Positions 50,019 through 59,306 of a stretch of DNA of 64,000 nt are shown in pieces. The translations under genes were made by a program, and so were the position numbers. The notes under the pieces were generated by a model. That model worked only from the letters and a program-made list of their open reading frames with translations. It did no database searches and was not told the DNA's origin. Position 1 is the first letter of the stretch. Each line of letters opens with the position of its first letter. Source of the stretch: a virus. The DNA lies in IMG/VR virus record IMGVR_UViG_3300037323_000212, positions 6,227 through 70,226 of that record. One strand, 5' to 3'.

Positions 50019-50418
50019 TTTGATTTTGCACCAGTAATGCATCGTGTTTGCCTCTTTTTTGAATGTACGACCACCCCGCGTGGCCCCCGATATACGGGTC
50101 GATGTGAATCAGCTCTGCTTGCACGGCAAACAACACACTTATCATTGCGCTGTGCACCTCTTCGAAATCATCAAAGCGCGTTTGCTCCTCTTGGTCGGTC
50201 TCGTTGTCTTTCTCATCAAGCAGTTCGGTGCTTTCTGATAACCACTCAAACAAATCAGATACACAGTCGCACTCATCATCACACAGGTGATTGGAGAAAG
50301 TGTTCACAATCACCTGAATGATCCCTTCTTGATTGACTGCGGTGGGTGCCATCAATGCCGCGAACTTTCTCAAACCGCTGTAGGCCTCGCTCAGGTCAAG
50401 CAGCACGTAGTTTGTCAT
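50005..50418 (-). CDS. Hypothetical protein, paralog array member
   Basis: NYVLLDLSEAY...WSYIQKRGKHDALLVQ. Confidence 0.7.
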   Translation of the reverse strand: MTNYVLLDLSEAYSGLRKFAALMAPTAVNQEGIIQVIVNTFSNHLCDDECDCVSDLFEWLSESTELLDEKDNETDQEEQTRFDDFEEVHSAMISVLFAVQAELIHIDPYIGGHAGWSYIQKRGKHDALLVQNQSECT

Positions 50419-50451
50419 AGCGATAATCCTTTGGGTTAAGGCCAAACCGCT

Positions 50452-50871
50452 TCACGCTTGGGTGTGCACCAGCTTGTCTTGGCGCGCTGTTTGCACCAGC
50501 AGTGCGTCGTGCTTGCCTCTTTGTTTGACGTAAGACCAGTTGGTGTCCTCAGTGAAATTGGGGTCAATATGCGAGACCTCTGCTTGCACAGCCATCAACA
50601 CGTCTTGCAGTTCTTCTAGGAGACAAAGACGGGCGTCTTCTTTCTCCTCACTCTCGTTTTCCTCAAGCTGGTTAAACAAGGGGTCTGTTGAGATCCACTC
50701 AAACAACTCCTGGGTGCACCCACAGCCGTCCTTGCAGTGGTGATCCGAGAAGTTATCTACAATCACGCTCAACACATACTCCTGATCGACCACGTGGGGT
50801 GAGGCAAGAGTGGCAAACTGATTGAGTTTAGCGTGCGCCTGGGGTAAGCTGATCAGCAGGTAGTTTGCCAT
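50452..50871 (-). CDS. Hypothetical protein, paralog array member
   Basis: NYLLISLPQAH...WSYVKQRGKHDALLVQ; close paralog of the 50005 ORF. Confidence 0.7.
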   Translation of the reverse strand: MANYLLISLPQAHAKLNQFATLASPHVVDQEYVLSVIVDNFSDHHCKDGCGCTQELFEWISTDPLFNQLEENESEEKEDARLCLLEELQDVLMAVQAEVSHIDPNFTEDTNWSYVKQRGKHDALLVQTARQDKLVHTQA

Positions 50872-50899
50872 AAATTAAGTCTCTCTTTTCGTTAAAGAC

Positions 50900-51271
50900 T
50901 CAGGAGGTTCGCCTGAGGAGTGCCATACCGCCCGAGCAGCGCCTCGAGTAGCGCCAAGACGCTTGGTGCTCAGTGTAGGGGTTTAAATGACAGAGCTCGG
51001 CTTGCATACCCAGCAGTGTGTTTTGCAGGCGCCTCCACAGCTCAAGGATCTTCTCGGCTGAGACGTCCTCGCCACAGGCAAACCCCTCGTACTTGAAGAT
51101 CCACTGCAGCGTCTCGTGAATCTGGCACGCCCCATCGACCTCATCAATGAACGTGTCAAACATCACACTCATCAGTGCCTCCGTGTCCAAGGTGGGGAGT
51201 GAGTCGTCCTTGCTCAAGCAGTCCAGTGTGGCGTAAGCTGCTGAGAAATCAACCAACAAATACTGCACCAT
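50900..51271 (-). CDS. Hypothetical protein, paralog array member
   Basis: QYLLVDFSAAY...DTEALM...WRYSRR. Confidence 0.7.
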   Translation of the reverse strand: MVQYLLVDFSAAYATLDCLSKDDSLPTLDTEALMSVMFDTFIDEVDGACQIHETLQWIFKYEGFACGEDVSAEKILELWRRLQNTLLGMQAELCHLNPYTEHQASWRYSRRCSGGMALLRRTS

Positions 51272-51292
51272 CGTTTTCTTTGTGAAGATAAT

Positions 51293-51661
51293 TCAATTGA
51301 CTTGCTTCAAAAGCGCAGTGTCCAAGTCGTGCCTGCGCACGTAGCGCCACGCGGTGCACCGCACCGCGTGCGGCTCAAGAAAGCTCATCTCAGACTGCAT
51401 CTCCGTTAAAGCCACATACAAAAGCTGCCACAGCTCAAGGCGTTTTTCAGCCGAGACGCTCGCGCTGGCTGACAGGTGGGCGATTGAGAAAATCCACCGA
51501 AGTGTTTTTCCAATTTGGTGCTCGTGGTCTGGCTCCCTGAGCAGTGTTTCAAACAAAATGCCCATGAGTGCCTCCGTGTCAATGCGCGGCAGTGTCTCGT
51601 CTTGATCCAGTCGGTCCATGACGGTGTAGGACAAAGACAGATCAGCCAGCAAGTACTGCAT
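51293..51661 (-). CDS. Hypothetical protein, paralog array member
   Basis: QYLLADLSLSY...DTEALM...WRYVRR; close paralog of the 50900 ORF. Confidence 0.7.
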   Translation of the reverse strand: MQYLLADLSLSYTVMDRLDQDETLPRIDTEALMGILFETLLREPDHEHQIGKTLRWIFSIAHLSASASVSAEKRLELWQLLYVALTEMQSEMSFLEPHAVRCTAWRYVRRHDLDTALLKQVN

Positions 51662-52061
51662 CACACGCCTCCTCACTCAGCTCGACCAGTACGCTTGAGC
51701 AAAGCCGGTAAGACAGCACGCGCACCAAGCGCATGGGCCGATTTGCAAACAACGGGGCAATCAGGTCCGCGTAGTGATCGTAGAACAAACGCAGGCTGAG
51801 CTCAAGGACCTCGTTGTGCGTGCGCGAGCTCAGGCAGTGCGCGTAGGCAAGCTGTTCGTGCTCGGGCAGCGCGTGCAGCGCGCACTCCATTGTGCTTAAG
51901 CACGCGCTCACAAAATACTCTTCACTGTCTTGATTTTCCAAGAAGCACACCACCAGCTCGTGCGCGCCATTGGGCATGAGCGCGCGTGGGATCAGTTGCT
52001 CGTAGAAGATGCGCTCGCCCAAGTCCAGTAGGGGCAGGGCCATTTTAATGTTGCGCGCCAT
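51642..52061 (-). CDS. Hypothetical protein
   Basis: Start at MARNIKMALP, just after the upstream stop. Confidence 0.6.
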   Translation of the reverse strand: MARNIKMALPLLDLGERIFYEQLIPRALMPNGAHELVVCFLENQDSEEYFVSACLSTMECALHALPEHEQLAYAHCLSSRTHNEVLELSLRLFYDHYADLIAPLFANRPMRLVRVLSYRLCSSVLVELSEEACDAVLAG

Positions 52062-52065
52062 GCCC

Positions 52066-52479
52066 CTACGCTCCCCAAAAGCCGCGCTTGGGTGAGAAAA
52101 ACAAGTCCACCTGCAGCGCGTCCAGCTCAAGGAGCAGCGTGGAGCGCGCATGCATGCGCGCTCTGAAAACGCGCGCGATGTGCTGCTGGTTGTGCGCGGC
52201 GTAGCCCGGCAAGTACAAGCGAGTGGTGTCCATGATGGCCTCGATGATGTGCGAGCCCACCTCGGAGTACTCAAAGTTAAGCAAATTGTTCTCCTCGAGC
52301 AGATGCTGGTAGTGTCGGCTGTGGTTCTCCCCATTGTCCTCAAAGCCGTGGGTGCTGAAGAACGACAGCACAACTGCGCCAAAAAGCTCCTCGGCCTCAG
52401 GGTTTCGCTCGCTAAGTGCGATGCCTCGGTGGCGGTGCAAAATCTCGTAAGCCTGGTCGTACTCAATGACCAGTGCCAT
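52066..52479 (-). CDS. Hypothetical protein
   Basis: Start at MALVIEYDQAY. Confidence 0.6.
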   Translation of the reverse strand: MALVIEYDQAYEILHRHRGIALSERNPEAEELFGAVVLSFFSTHGFEDNGENHSRHYQHLLEENNLLNFEYSEVGSHIIEAIMDTTRLYLPGYAAHNQQHIARVFRARMHARSTLLLELDALQVDLFFSPKRGFWGA

Positions 52480-52489
52480 TGAGGTGCGT

Positions 52490-52897
52490 TTAGTCAAAGC
52501 ACTGGGCGTGCACGGTGAGCTGCAAGCACGATGAGCTGCGAATGGTGTACTCATACTTTCCCTTGTACCGACCAATGCCAAAATTGGGAATGGCCTCTGT
52601 GATAACGGTGCAGATGAGGTCAAAGAGCTCGTTGACCAGATCTACGGCGCTTTGCTCTGTAAAGCCCACCCCTTCGAGCTCGAAAATGGCGCTGTCAAGC
52701 CCATCGATGCACGCGCCCTGAGCGACATCGTCCTTGTTCAACGCAACTGAGGTGAGCAAGGTGAGCACGCGCTTAATCCAGCTCTCCTTGGCACCTCCCA
52801 GCGCCAAGCGCTGCAGCAGGTGGTCTTTGGCCTCTTGCAAGGAGATCACCAGGTGCACGTACTGGATGCTACGAGCGGTATTCATGCCCATGCTCAC
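52490..52897 (-). CDS. Hypothetical protein
   Basis: 135-aa ORF in a tightly packed operon. Confidence 0.6.
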   Translation of the reverse strand: MSMGMNTARSIQYVHLVISLQEAKDHLLQRLALGGAKESWIKRVLTLLTSVALNKDDVAQGACIDGLDSAIFELEGVGFTEQSAVDLVNELFDLICTVITEAIPNFGIGRYKGKYEYTIRSSSCLQLTVHAQCFD

Positions 52898-53531
52898 TCT
52901 CCCACTCGATGATTCGTATGTCTCCCGCCTTCTCGATGATCAGTTGATTTTGGTTCAATTTTAGGTAGTGCAGGTGCATGTTGTCGTCGTTTAAGAACAG
53001 CATGATGTCTCGGCTGATCTCTCGGTACGCGTTGTCCAAGAGTTCTACCAGTTCTTGGAAATCTGACTCGCTGATGCCAGGCACCAGCTGGGTGAGCAGT
53101 TTGTCCGAGCAACTGTGTCGGTGTTTGCGGTAGCGCAAAAACGCATCGAGCTGCTCACCGGCGAGTATCTCCACGATCTTCAGTCCCCGGTAGGGCAAAA
53201 AGGAGTTGTTGCTCAGGTACTTGGCCTTGTTCATCATAAACAGTTTGGGGACCACCCGTTTGTCAAACTGATCGTACACCGATTGGCTAACAGTGTTTAG
53301 GTCTTGCACGGGCACCCTGCCCAGTGCTTGGTCGGTGCGCACGTAGTACGCGTGGCCCGCTCGCATGACTGGCTCCAAGCGGTTCATCAGGTACACGCCC
53401 TTGGGCGCGGGCAAGAGGTGGTCTGCGCACAGCAGCTCAATGTGAGCAGCACAGCTCTCAGCGTTCAGCTGCAAACGCCCCTGCAGGGGCGAGTCGGTGA
53501 ACTTGGCATACAGGTCGGTGGACATGGGCAT
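52869..53531 (-). CDS. Conserved hypothetical protein (phiKZ gp42-like region)
   Basis: GVYLMNRLEPV and IIEKAGDIRIIEWE motifs; downstream of phuZ. Confidence 0.6.
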   Translation of the reverse strand: MPMSTDLYAKFTDSPLQGRLQLNAESCAAHIELLCADHLLPAPKGVYLMNRLEPVMRAGHAYYVRTDQALGRVPVQDLNTVSQSVYDQFDKRVVPKLFMMNKAKYLSNNSFLPYRGLKIVEILAGEQLDAFLRYRKHRHSCSDKLLTQLVPGISESDFQELVELLDNAYREISRDIMLFLNDDNMHLHYLKLNQNQLIIEKAGDIRIIEWESEHGHEYRS

Positions 53532-53665
53532 AGGCTTGTTTTAAGAATAATCGGGCTGCTTTGTTTGAAAAAAGAACGTGTACAGCAAAAATCCTCACGC
53601 CCTTCTCAAAATATGAAGCGTGAGGATTTTTTAGATGCACAGCGAATTAAGCCCTGTTGTGTGCC

Positions 53666-55084
53666 TTACAACACCAAGCCGATGGCGGTGGCCGTGTCGT
53701 CTTTGCCCAAGATGGAGGTGCGAGCGATCTGGGAGGCAAAGCTGGCATCGACCTCTTTGAGCGTTGTGGTAAGCGCGTTGGAGGCGCGCTGCACAAAGTC
53801 ACTGCTGATCGTGAAGTGCAAAGGCTCCTCAGAGATCATCTGCAAGCTCCCTGGGGTGCCCACCCGCCACGCAGCAGGCGCGTAGCCCACGCACTGGTAG
53901 GCCGGTGTGCTGTTCAGTCGGGTGTTCATGTCTTGGAGTGCCAGCGTGGCCACTGAGACGACGGTACCCACCTTGTCCAGCTCGTGCTGGTCCATCACGA
54001 AGTTGAGCGACGACAGCTGGGCGGGGCCGCCCGAGAACTTCAGGTACTCCAGCCAGTTCTTGATGTCTGCGGTATCAAGCTCTTCGTTTTGTCCGGAGAA
54101 CAAGCCCAGCAGCATGGTGAGCGCGTACTTCACTTGCTTGTTCACCTCGAAGCGCGACTTGTCGCGCGTGTTCTCCACGTAGTGCATCACCACGGGTGAG
54201 TTGCGCACGTTGGCAATGCCCTCGTAGCTCTTTAAGGTCTTGATGGTGTTCTCAATCTCGATGCGGGTGTCCGTAGAACCCACCACCACGACCACCACGT
54301 TTTCTCCCCGGGCTTTGAGCTCGGACACCAGCACTGGGCCGATCACGGAACCACTCGTTATGTTCGAATAAGTGCGTTAGGCTTATCCCGCGCCATTACG
54401 CGCAGCTGCAACTTTCACTGCAGACCAGACTATATCTTCATCTTGACAGGCCGCCACTGCTGCGCTGTTAAGACACTCTCCATTTCGAGGCACTTGCCCC
54501 TACACCGTGGTAAACGGTTAGTCGTTGAACCTTCTCCGTGCCTGCTTGAGGGTTAGGAGCTTGGATGCTGATTGCCCAATCTTTGTACTTTTCAAACCAC
54601 TCCATCGGACAATGGAGTCTCTTCGAGAAGAGTCGCTTTGCCTTTCGGCTCGCAGTGGTAACAAAGCTCTAAGGGGATTCCAGCAGTTAAAAGAGATTCA
54701 CTGCAGTGTCACCACTGCAGCGGGCTATCCCATCGTCCCTGAGGGACGATGGGGTTAACCACCCGAGGCGGTGTGCACCACGACGTTGAACATGGTGGGC
54801 TTGAACTTTTGCAAAATGCCCAGCACGTTCTTGGAGATGGCCTCGTAGTTGGCCGAGCGCACTTTGCCCGAGCCATCGATGTCGTTGAACAGGTAGATCG
54901 CCTCTTCGGGCAACTTCTTGTTGTGCAAGTTGGAGCGACTCGTGTCGATGTAGCACGGCACCATTGAGGCGAATCCCACGTCGCTTTGGTTGCGCAGGCT
55001 CTCCATGTCGGCTACGATGTTGACCCCGCCGCCCCCGGCGGCGTACACGTTAACTTGGGCGCGGGTGATGTTGGATGCGGTCAT
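53666..55084 (-). CDS. phuZ: Phage tubulin PhuZ, spliced from 2 exons
   Basis: complement(join(53666..54355,54758..55084)) = 1017 nt, 338 aa. YAAGGGGVNI, IDTSRSN, DGSGKVR, restored HTASGGSGSVIGP, ELDTADI, and a PhuZ-type C-terminal tail ending GLVL. Confidence 0.92.
54356..54757 (-). ncRNA. Group I intron in phuZ (402 nt, no ORF)
   Basis: Minus strand: AACTGCTGGAA (P), AATCAGCATC (Q), GTTCAACGACTA (R), GAAGATATAGTC (S). Exon end GGT pairs with GCC; terminal G at 54356. Confidence 0.9.
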
Positions 55085-55135
55085 GTGATAAAAATCTCAA
55101 ACAGTTGAATAACAAGAAAAACAAGTTCAGCCAAG

Positions 55136-55573
55136 TCAAAGGGTTAGGCTAAACAAGGGCGAGGTCAGGTCGACCTCAAACTCTGGCCGGTAGGCCTCGG
55201 TATACGATATCAGGAGCTCGTACTTCAGCTCCTGGGGTGATAGACTGGTGTGGTTCAGGCGTTTTCTGAACCAGTACTTCTTGGTAAAGACCCAATCGAT
55301 CCCGACGTTTATCAGCACGTACTCGCCCAGTGCTGGCAAGCTCTTGTAAGCCTCCACGCGGGTAGTGCGCAGCTGAGCGTCTGTGTGCATCACCAGCACC
55401 GTGTCTGGGCGCTCAAGCAAGCAAAGGCTGCCCGCAGGGAGCCTTTGCTCCAAAGTGGCCAAGAAGGCGCGCACCGAATCGGTCAGTCCGACTTCTTGAG
55501 GTGTCGCTTGATTATGGTGTTCAAACAAGCACCCTTGTTTGAAGACGGGTGCGTGCGTTTGCAGTCGAGTCAC
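55136..55573 (-). CDS. Hypothetical protein
   Basis: 145-aa ORF upstream of phuZ. Confidence 0.6.
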   Translation of the reverse strand: MTRLQTHAPVFKQGCLFEHHNQATPQEVGLTDSVRAFLATLEQRLPAGSLCLLERPDTVLVMHTDAQLRTTRVEAYKSLPALGEYVLINVGIDWVFTKKYWFRKRLNHTSLSPQELKYELLISYTEAYRPEFEVDLTSPLFSLTL

Positions 55574-55585
55574 GGATTGGGTCCT

Positions 55586-55963
55586 TTAGATGGATTTGCT
55601 GAGGATTGTCAAATCATTGCCAGCCTGATAGACAGTGGTCGTCTGGCCTATAACGCCGTTGCTGATCTCCACGCAGGGCACACTCAACTGGGTACCGGGC
55701 AGTTTGGCGACATTTACCTTGATGTTCAGGTAAGTGTTTAGGTGACCTTCGACCGAGCCGATCTCGACGGTTAAGCATCCTTTGGTTTCGCACTCATCGG
55801 TCACGTCGATTTGAAAGGCTTTTGCAATGTCACTGGCAATAGCGTCTTGGACAGACCCGCCCGACTTGTAGCAAGGCGAGTCAACATCGAGGATGACTTG
55901 ACTGAACGAGAAGTCCTCGTTTTCATCGATGAGATCATCCAGCGGTGTTTCTTTGGAAGTCAT
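55586..55963 (-). CDS. TPLDDLIDEN-family hypothetical protein, copy 3
   Basis: MTSKETPLDDLIDENEDFSF; AAGGA RBS. Confidence 0.7.
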   Translation of the reverse strand: MTSKETPLDDLIDENEDFSFSQVILDVDSPCYKSGGSVQDAIASDIAKAFQIDVTDECETKGCLTVEIGSVEGHLNTYLNIKVNVAKLPGTQLSVPCVEISNGVIGQTTTVYQAGNDLTILSKSI

Positions 55964-55988
55964 TTCTTTTTTCCTTTTGCTTAAACTT

Positions 55989-56315
55989 TTAAAAATGGCC
56001 AACTGTCCACGTGTGAATCTCTTGACCAAGGGCGCCTGCGTTTACTGTCACTCGATTGGTTTGCGCGCCTTGCTTCATGTTGACTTCAAGTATCAACATC
56101 TTATCTTCACCACCACCGTTGGGGGTAATGCAAATGCGCACCCGCTCCTTGGAGAGGGATTCATCGATTACATCGATTTTGAAAGCCTGCTCAACCCGCT
56201 CCTTGGTTGCATCTGGCAAAGGGTGACACGAGTAATCCCCAAAGATGTTCTCGGTAAATGAGAAGTCCCCGTTCTTGTCGATCAGCTCGTCCAATGGTGT
56301 TGCTTTGGAGGTCAT
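55989..56315 (-). CDS. TPLDDLIDEN-family hypothetical protein, copy 2
   Basis: MTSKATPLDELIDKNGDFSF; AAGGA RBS. Confidence 0.7.
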   Translation of the reverse strand: MTSKATPLDELIDKNGDFSFTENIFGDYSCHPLPDATKERVEQAFKIDVIDESLSKERVRICITPNGGGEDKMLILEVNMKQGAQTNRVTVNAGALGQEIHTWTVGHF

Positions 56316-56325
56316 CTTGAGTCCT

Positions 56326-56703
56326 TCAATTTTCTTCATTCAAAATCGCAAATCCGTCTCCGGCCCGATGGATGGTGAGTCTCTGACCACTTAGCTCATT
56401 TGTGATCACCACGCGCGGCGCACTCAAACCCCCACCCGGGGGTTGAGCAGCACTTATCTCAACGGAAATAGAGTCATCAAGGTGGCCTTCAGTGGAGCCA
56501 ACCTCGACGATCACACATCCCTTGGTTGAGCACGCATCAATCACGTTGATCTCAAAGATCTGCTCGGAGATGCCTTCAGTGTCACCCCCAGCGTTGCCCG
56601 CGTTTAACGAGTAAAAAGGTGAGTTGGTATCAAAGATCGTTTGTGTAAACGAGAAGTCCTCGTTTTCATCGATGAGATCATCCAACGGTGTCTCTTGGGA
56701 CAT
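56326..56703 (-). CDS. TPLDDLIDEN-family hypothetical protein, copy 1
   Basis: MSQETPLDDLIDENEDFSF; GAGGA RBS. Confidence 0.7.
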   Translation of the reverse strand: MSQETPLDDLIDENEDFSFTQTIFDTNSPFYSLNAGNAGGDTEGISEQIFEINVIDACSTKGCVIVEVGSTEGHLDDSISVEISAAQPPGGGLSAPRVVITNELSGQRLTIHRAGDGFAILNEEN

Positions 56704-56734
56704 GGTGATTTTCCTCTTGGTGAGCGGGTTTACT

Positions 56735-57178
56735 TCAGTACTCCGCTGCGATGATGTCGTCTTCGGATATGCCAAAGACCTCAGCGGCTTTGGCATAGAT
56801 GTCGTACAGAGATAGGTGCACGGCACTGACATCATCTCCTCGGCGAACAAAAGCCGTTGCCGAGCCACTGATGTACCTCAGTTTCTCAGCACCCGCTTGC
56901 ATGACCACCAGCACTTGGCCCTCTTTGACCAGCGGCATCACGTGCTTTCTGAAATCAAACTCCACCGGTTCAAGCACATTGTCCTCATCGTCGGTGCACT
57001 GGGTCTGGGTGAACTCAGAAGGCCAGCACCCGTCACCGGAGAAATCATTGGGGGCCAGACCGAACTTATCGCCATCGGTGAGCACTTGGAGCGAGTTGCA
57101 CTCGGCCATCTTCTTAAATGCCTCAGCGTCGGTCACCTCGACGTAATTGGTGCGGCTGGTTGCGTAGTAGTTTGCCAT
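56735..57178 (-). CDS. Hypothetical protein
   Basis: 147 aa, MANYYATSRTNY...GAEKLRYISG; AAGGA RBS. Confidence 0.7.
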   Translation of the reverse strand: MANYYATSRTNYVEVTDAEAFKKMAECNSLQVLTDGDKFGLAPNDFSGDGCWPSEFTQTQCTDDEDNVLEPVEFDFRKHVMPLVKEGQVLVVMQAGAEKLRYISGSATAFVRRGDDVSAVHLSLYDIYAKAAEVFGISEDDIIAAEY

Positions 57179-57202
57179 GGTATTTTCCTTTAAATCAACA
57201 AT

Positions 57203-57739
57203 TTATTTCAAAACTTCAACGACTTGCAAGGTGCCGTCGCTTGGGTGTTTTTTGAGCGCAAAGAGCTCGAGCTTAAACGACAGGCTCGCGCCGTCTTCGG
57301 TGCGAAAGACAGAACCAGTGACCACAATTGCCACGCCCAGATCAGCACCCAAGAGGTGGGCGTACTCACCGGCGGGCACGAGCAGCTCTGTTGCCCAAGC
57401 CGAGCACAGGGTGCTTGGCTGGCTCTCGCGGTTGCGGTGCACCGTCACCTCGCCCGGCAAGCTTAAGTCCAGCACGGCCACAACGGCCAACTTCTCCAAA
57501 GCTTCGTAGTACTCTGTGTAGTGCTCGGTGTAGCGCAGGCGCACCTCGTTGGAGTCAGCAGGGGCACTAAACGTGGCGTTGTCTGAGAAGGCGTACAGCA
57601 AGTCCGGGTGGTCCAAGCTGGTGTTTTTGGTCCACCTGAATTTCTTCAACCCCAGCAACAGCGGGTTCGCTGTTGCTGGGTCTCTTTTGTCTAAAGTGGC
57701 GATTTGCCTTAGAAACTCTTTTCTTAAAGAGGTGGCCAT
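57203..57739 (-). CDS. Hypothetical protein, first gene behind a putative early promoter
   Basis: 178 aa; AAGGAG RBS; promoter motif at 57833-57846. Confidence 0.7.
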   Translation of the reverse strand: MATSLRKEFLRQIATLDKRDPATANPLLLGLKKFRWTKNTSLDHPDLLYAFSDNATFSAPADSNEVRLRYTEHYTEYYEALEKLAVVAVLDLSLPGEVTVHRNRESQPSTLCSAWATELLVPAGEYAHLLGADLGVAIVVTGSVFRTEDGASLSFKLELFALKKHPSDGTLQVVEVLK

Positions 57740-57880
57740 GAAAGCTCCTTTTTGATAAAGTAAGGGCTTGGGTCCGAAATGGTGTGACCCAAGCGAGACG
57801 GCGGCTTGCTGGCAAGCACTGTTCTCACACTAATAATAAGTGACTGTTTTTTTCTACAAACCACCTGAAGGCCCTGCTAA

Positions 57881-58714
57881 ATGAACGCCATCCAGTTTGC
57901 CCTGAACAATGTGAAGTACAGCATTCCGCGCCCCATCTTGGAGAAGGCCTTTTTGAGCACCGGGGTGGCTTGGCGCCAAACGGCCAACACCAACGTGGAT
58001 GAGCAAATTGTGAACAACGTGATCAAAGCGCGCGTGCTCGTGGACTGCAACGTGATTGGGGGCACGCAAGTGCTGATCCCCCTGGAGGGGCTCACGCTGC
58101 AAAAGCCGTCGGCCTACACAACCGTCATCCACATACCCAAGACTCTCACCCAAGGCAGAAGCATCAACTCGGTGCTGAACCTGTCGTTCCTAACCCCTGG
58201 CTCGCTGGCGTCTTGGGGTGGTGGGGCCACGGGGGGCTCGGTGGGCGCCTACGCCCTCAAAGAGAACAACGCCCTCATGAACGCAGCCCAAGGCGTGATG
58301 GCCGCGCACGACACGATCCCCATGACCTCCACCGCGCGGGTGCAGCTGATCGCGGAGAACACCATTTTAATCAAAGACACGATGAGCTTGCCGCCCAACA
58401 CGTTTTTGCGCTGCGTCGTGGCCAACGACGAAGATCTAAACAACCTGCAGCTGCGCAGCTACCGCAAGTTCTCCAAGCTGGTGGAGTACGCGGTCAAGTC
58501 CTACATCCACAACGAGCTGATCGTAAGCTTAGACCAAGGCGAGCTGCAAGGCGGCCAGGCGCTTGGGGTGATCAAGGACACGATTCAAAGCTACGCCGAA
58601 GCTGAGCTGAACTACCAAGACTACTTGACCGACTTCTTTGAGGCGATTTTGCTCATGTCTGACCAAGAGAGTTATCACCGCTTGATCAAGATGACCATTG
58701 GCGGGCACCGCTAG
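57881..58714 (+). CDS. Conserved virion structural protein
   Basis: MNAIQFAL..VKYSIPRPILEKAF...VIKARVLVDCNVIGG motif recalled from phiKZ-like phages. Confidence 0.7.
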   Translation: MNAIQFALNNVKYSIPRPILEKAFLSTGVAWRQTANTNVDEQIVNNVIKARVLVDCNVIGGTQVLIPLEGLTLQKPSAYTTVIHIPKTLTQGRSINSVLNLSFLTPGSLASWGGGATGGSVGAYALKENNALMNAAQGVMAAHDTIPMTSTARVQLIAENTILIKDTMSLPPNTFLRCVVANDEDLNNLQLRSYRKFSKLVEYAVKSYIHNELIVSLDQGELQGGQALGVIKDTIQSYAEAELNYQDYLTDFFEAILLMSDQESYHRLIKMTIGGHR

Positions 58715-58766
58715 AGCGTGCCCAGCCCCCTTTTTTTGTTTGACTTTTATAGGATGCTACTTTTCC

Positions 58767-59306
58767 ATGGACAACGCAACCCACCCCGCCCCCCTGGGCT
58801 CCACTTTGTCTCAGCTGGTCTCGCTGAGCAAGGGCCAAAGCATCGAGGTCGACGGGCCCCTGAGCCAGATATACGCCAAAACCCTGAACGCCATGTACGC
58901 CAAAGAGATCGACCCCGCCACCGGGGTGTGTTTGGAGTCCCAAGCCAACGACGCCACCAACGCGGCCAACTTGCTAAAGGTCCAACAAGGCACTCCTCGC
59001 CAGTACGCTGGCCAGGGTGTCGCCGTGGGCTTTCTGTACGGCCTGAGCAAGGGGCGCGCGGGCGTGTCTGATGTGATCCAAATAGCAGACGCGCTCAGCA
59101 AGTCCAGCCAAATGCACAAAGGCAACTCAGCGGTGATTGTGGACGCCGCCATCGGCTTAGGCCCAGACGGCAATTACGCCCCACTGCCCCTGGGTGGACA
59201 GGACTCTTTGTTTGAGCGCGCTGTGCTCGCCGTGGCCCAAGACCACGGGGTGGCGGTGTTTGAGAGCTTGCAAGGCTTCTTGGACGCCAAAGGCGCGAGG
59301 CACTGA
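58767..59306 (+). CDS. Probable head protein
   Basis: GPLSQIYAKTLNAMYAK and a CLESQ motif reminiscent of prohead-protease-processed head proteins. Confidence 0.6.
   Translation: MDNATHPAPLGSTLSQLVSLSKGQSIEVDGPLSQIYAKTLNAMYAKEIDPATGVCLESQANDATNAANLLKVQQGTPRQYAGQGVAVGFLYGLSKGRAGVSDVIQIADALSKSSQMHKGNSAVIVDAAIGLGPDGNYAPLPLGGQDSLFERAVLAVAQDHGVAVFESLQGFLDAKGARH

Noticed and set aside
9223-54757. Stops in the DNA polymerase, RNAP and phuZ genes read as pseudogenes, frameshifts or stop-codon recoding
   Set aside because: Each gap holds group I core elements, and removal at U|...G| boundaries restores frame and conserved motifs. TAA, TAG and TGA all act as normal stops elsewhere.
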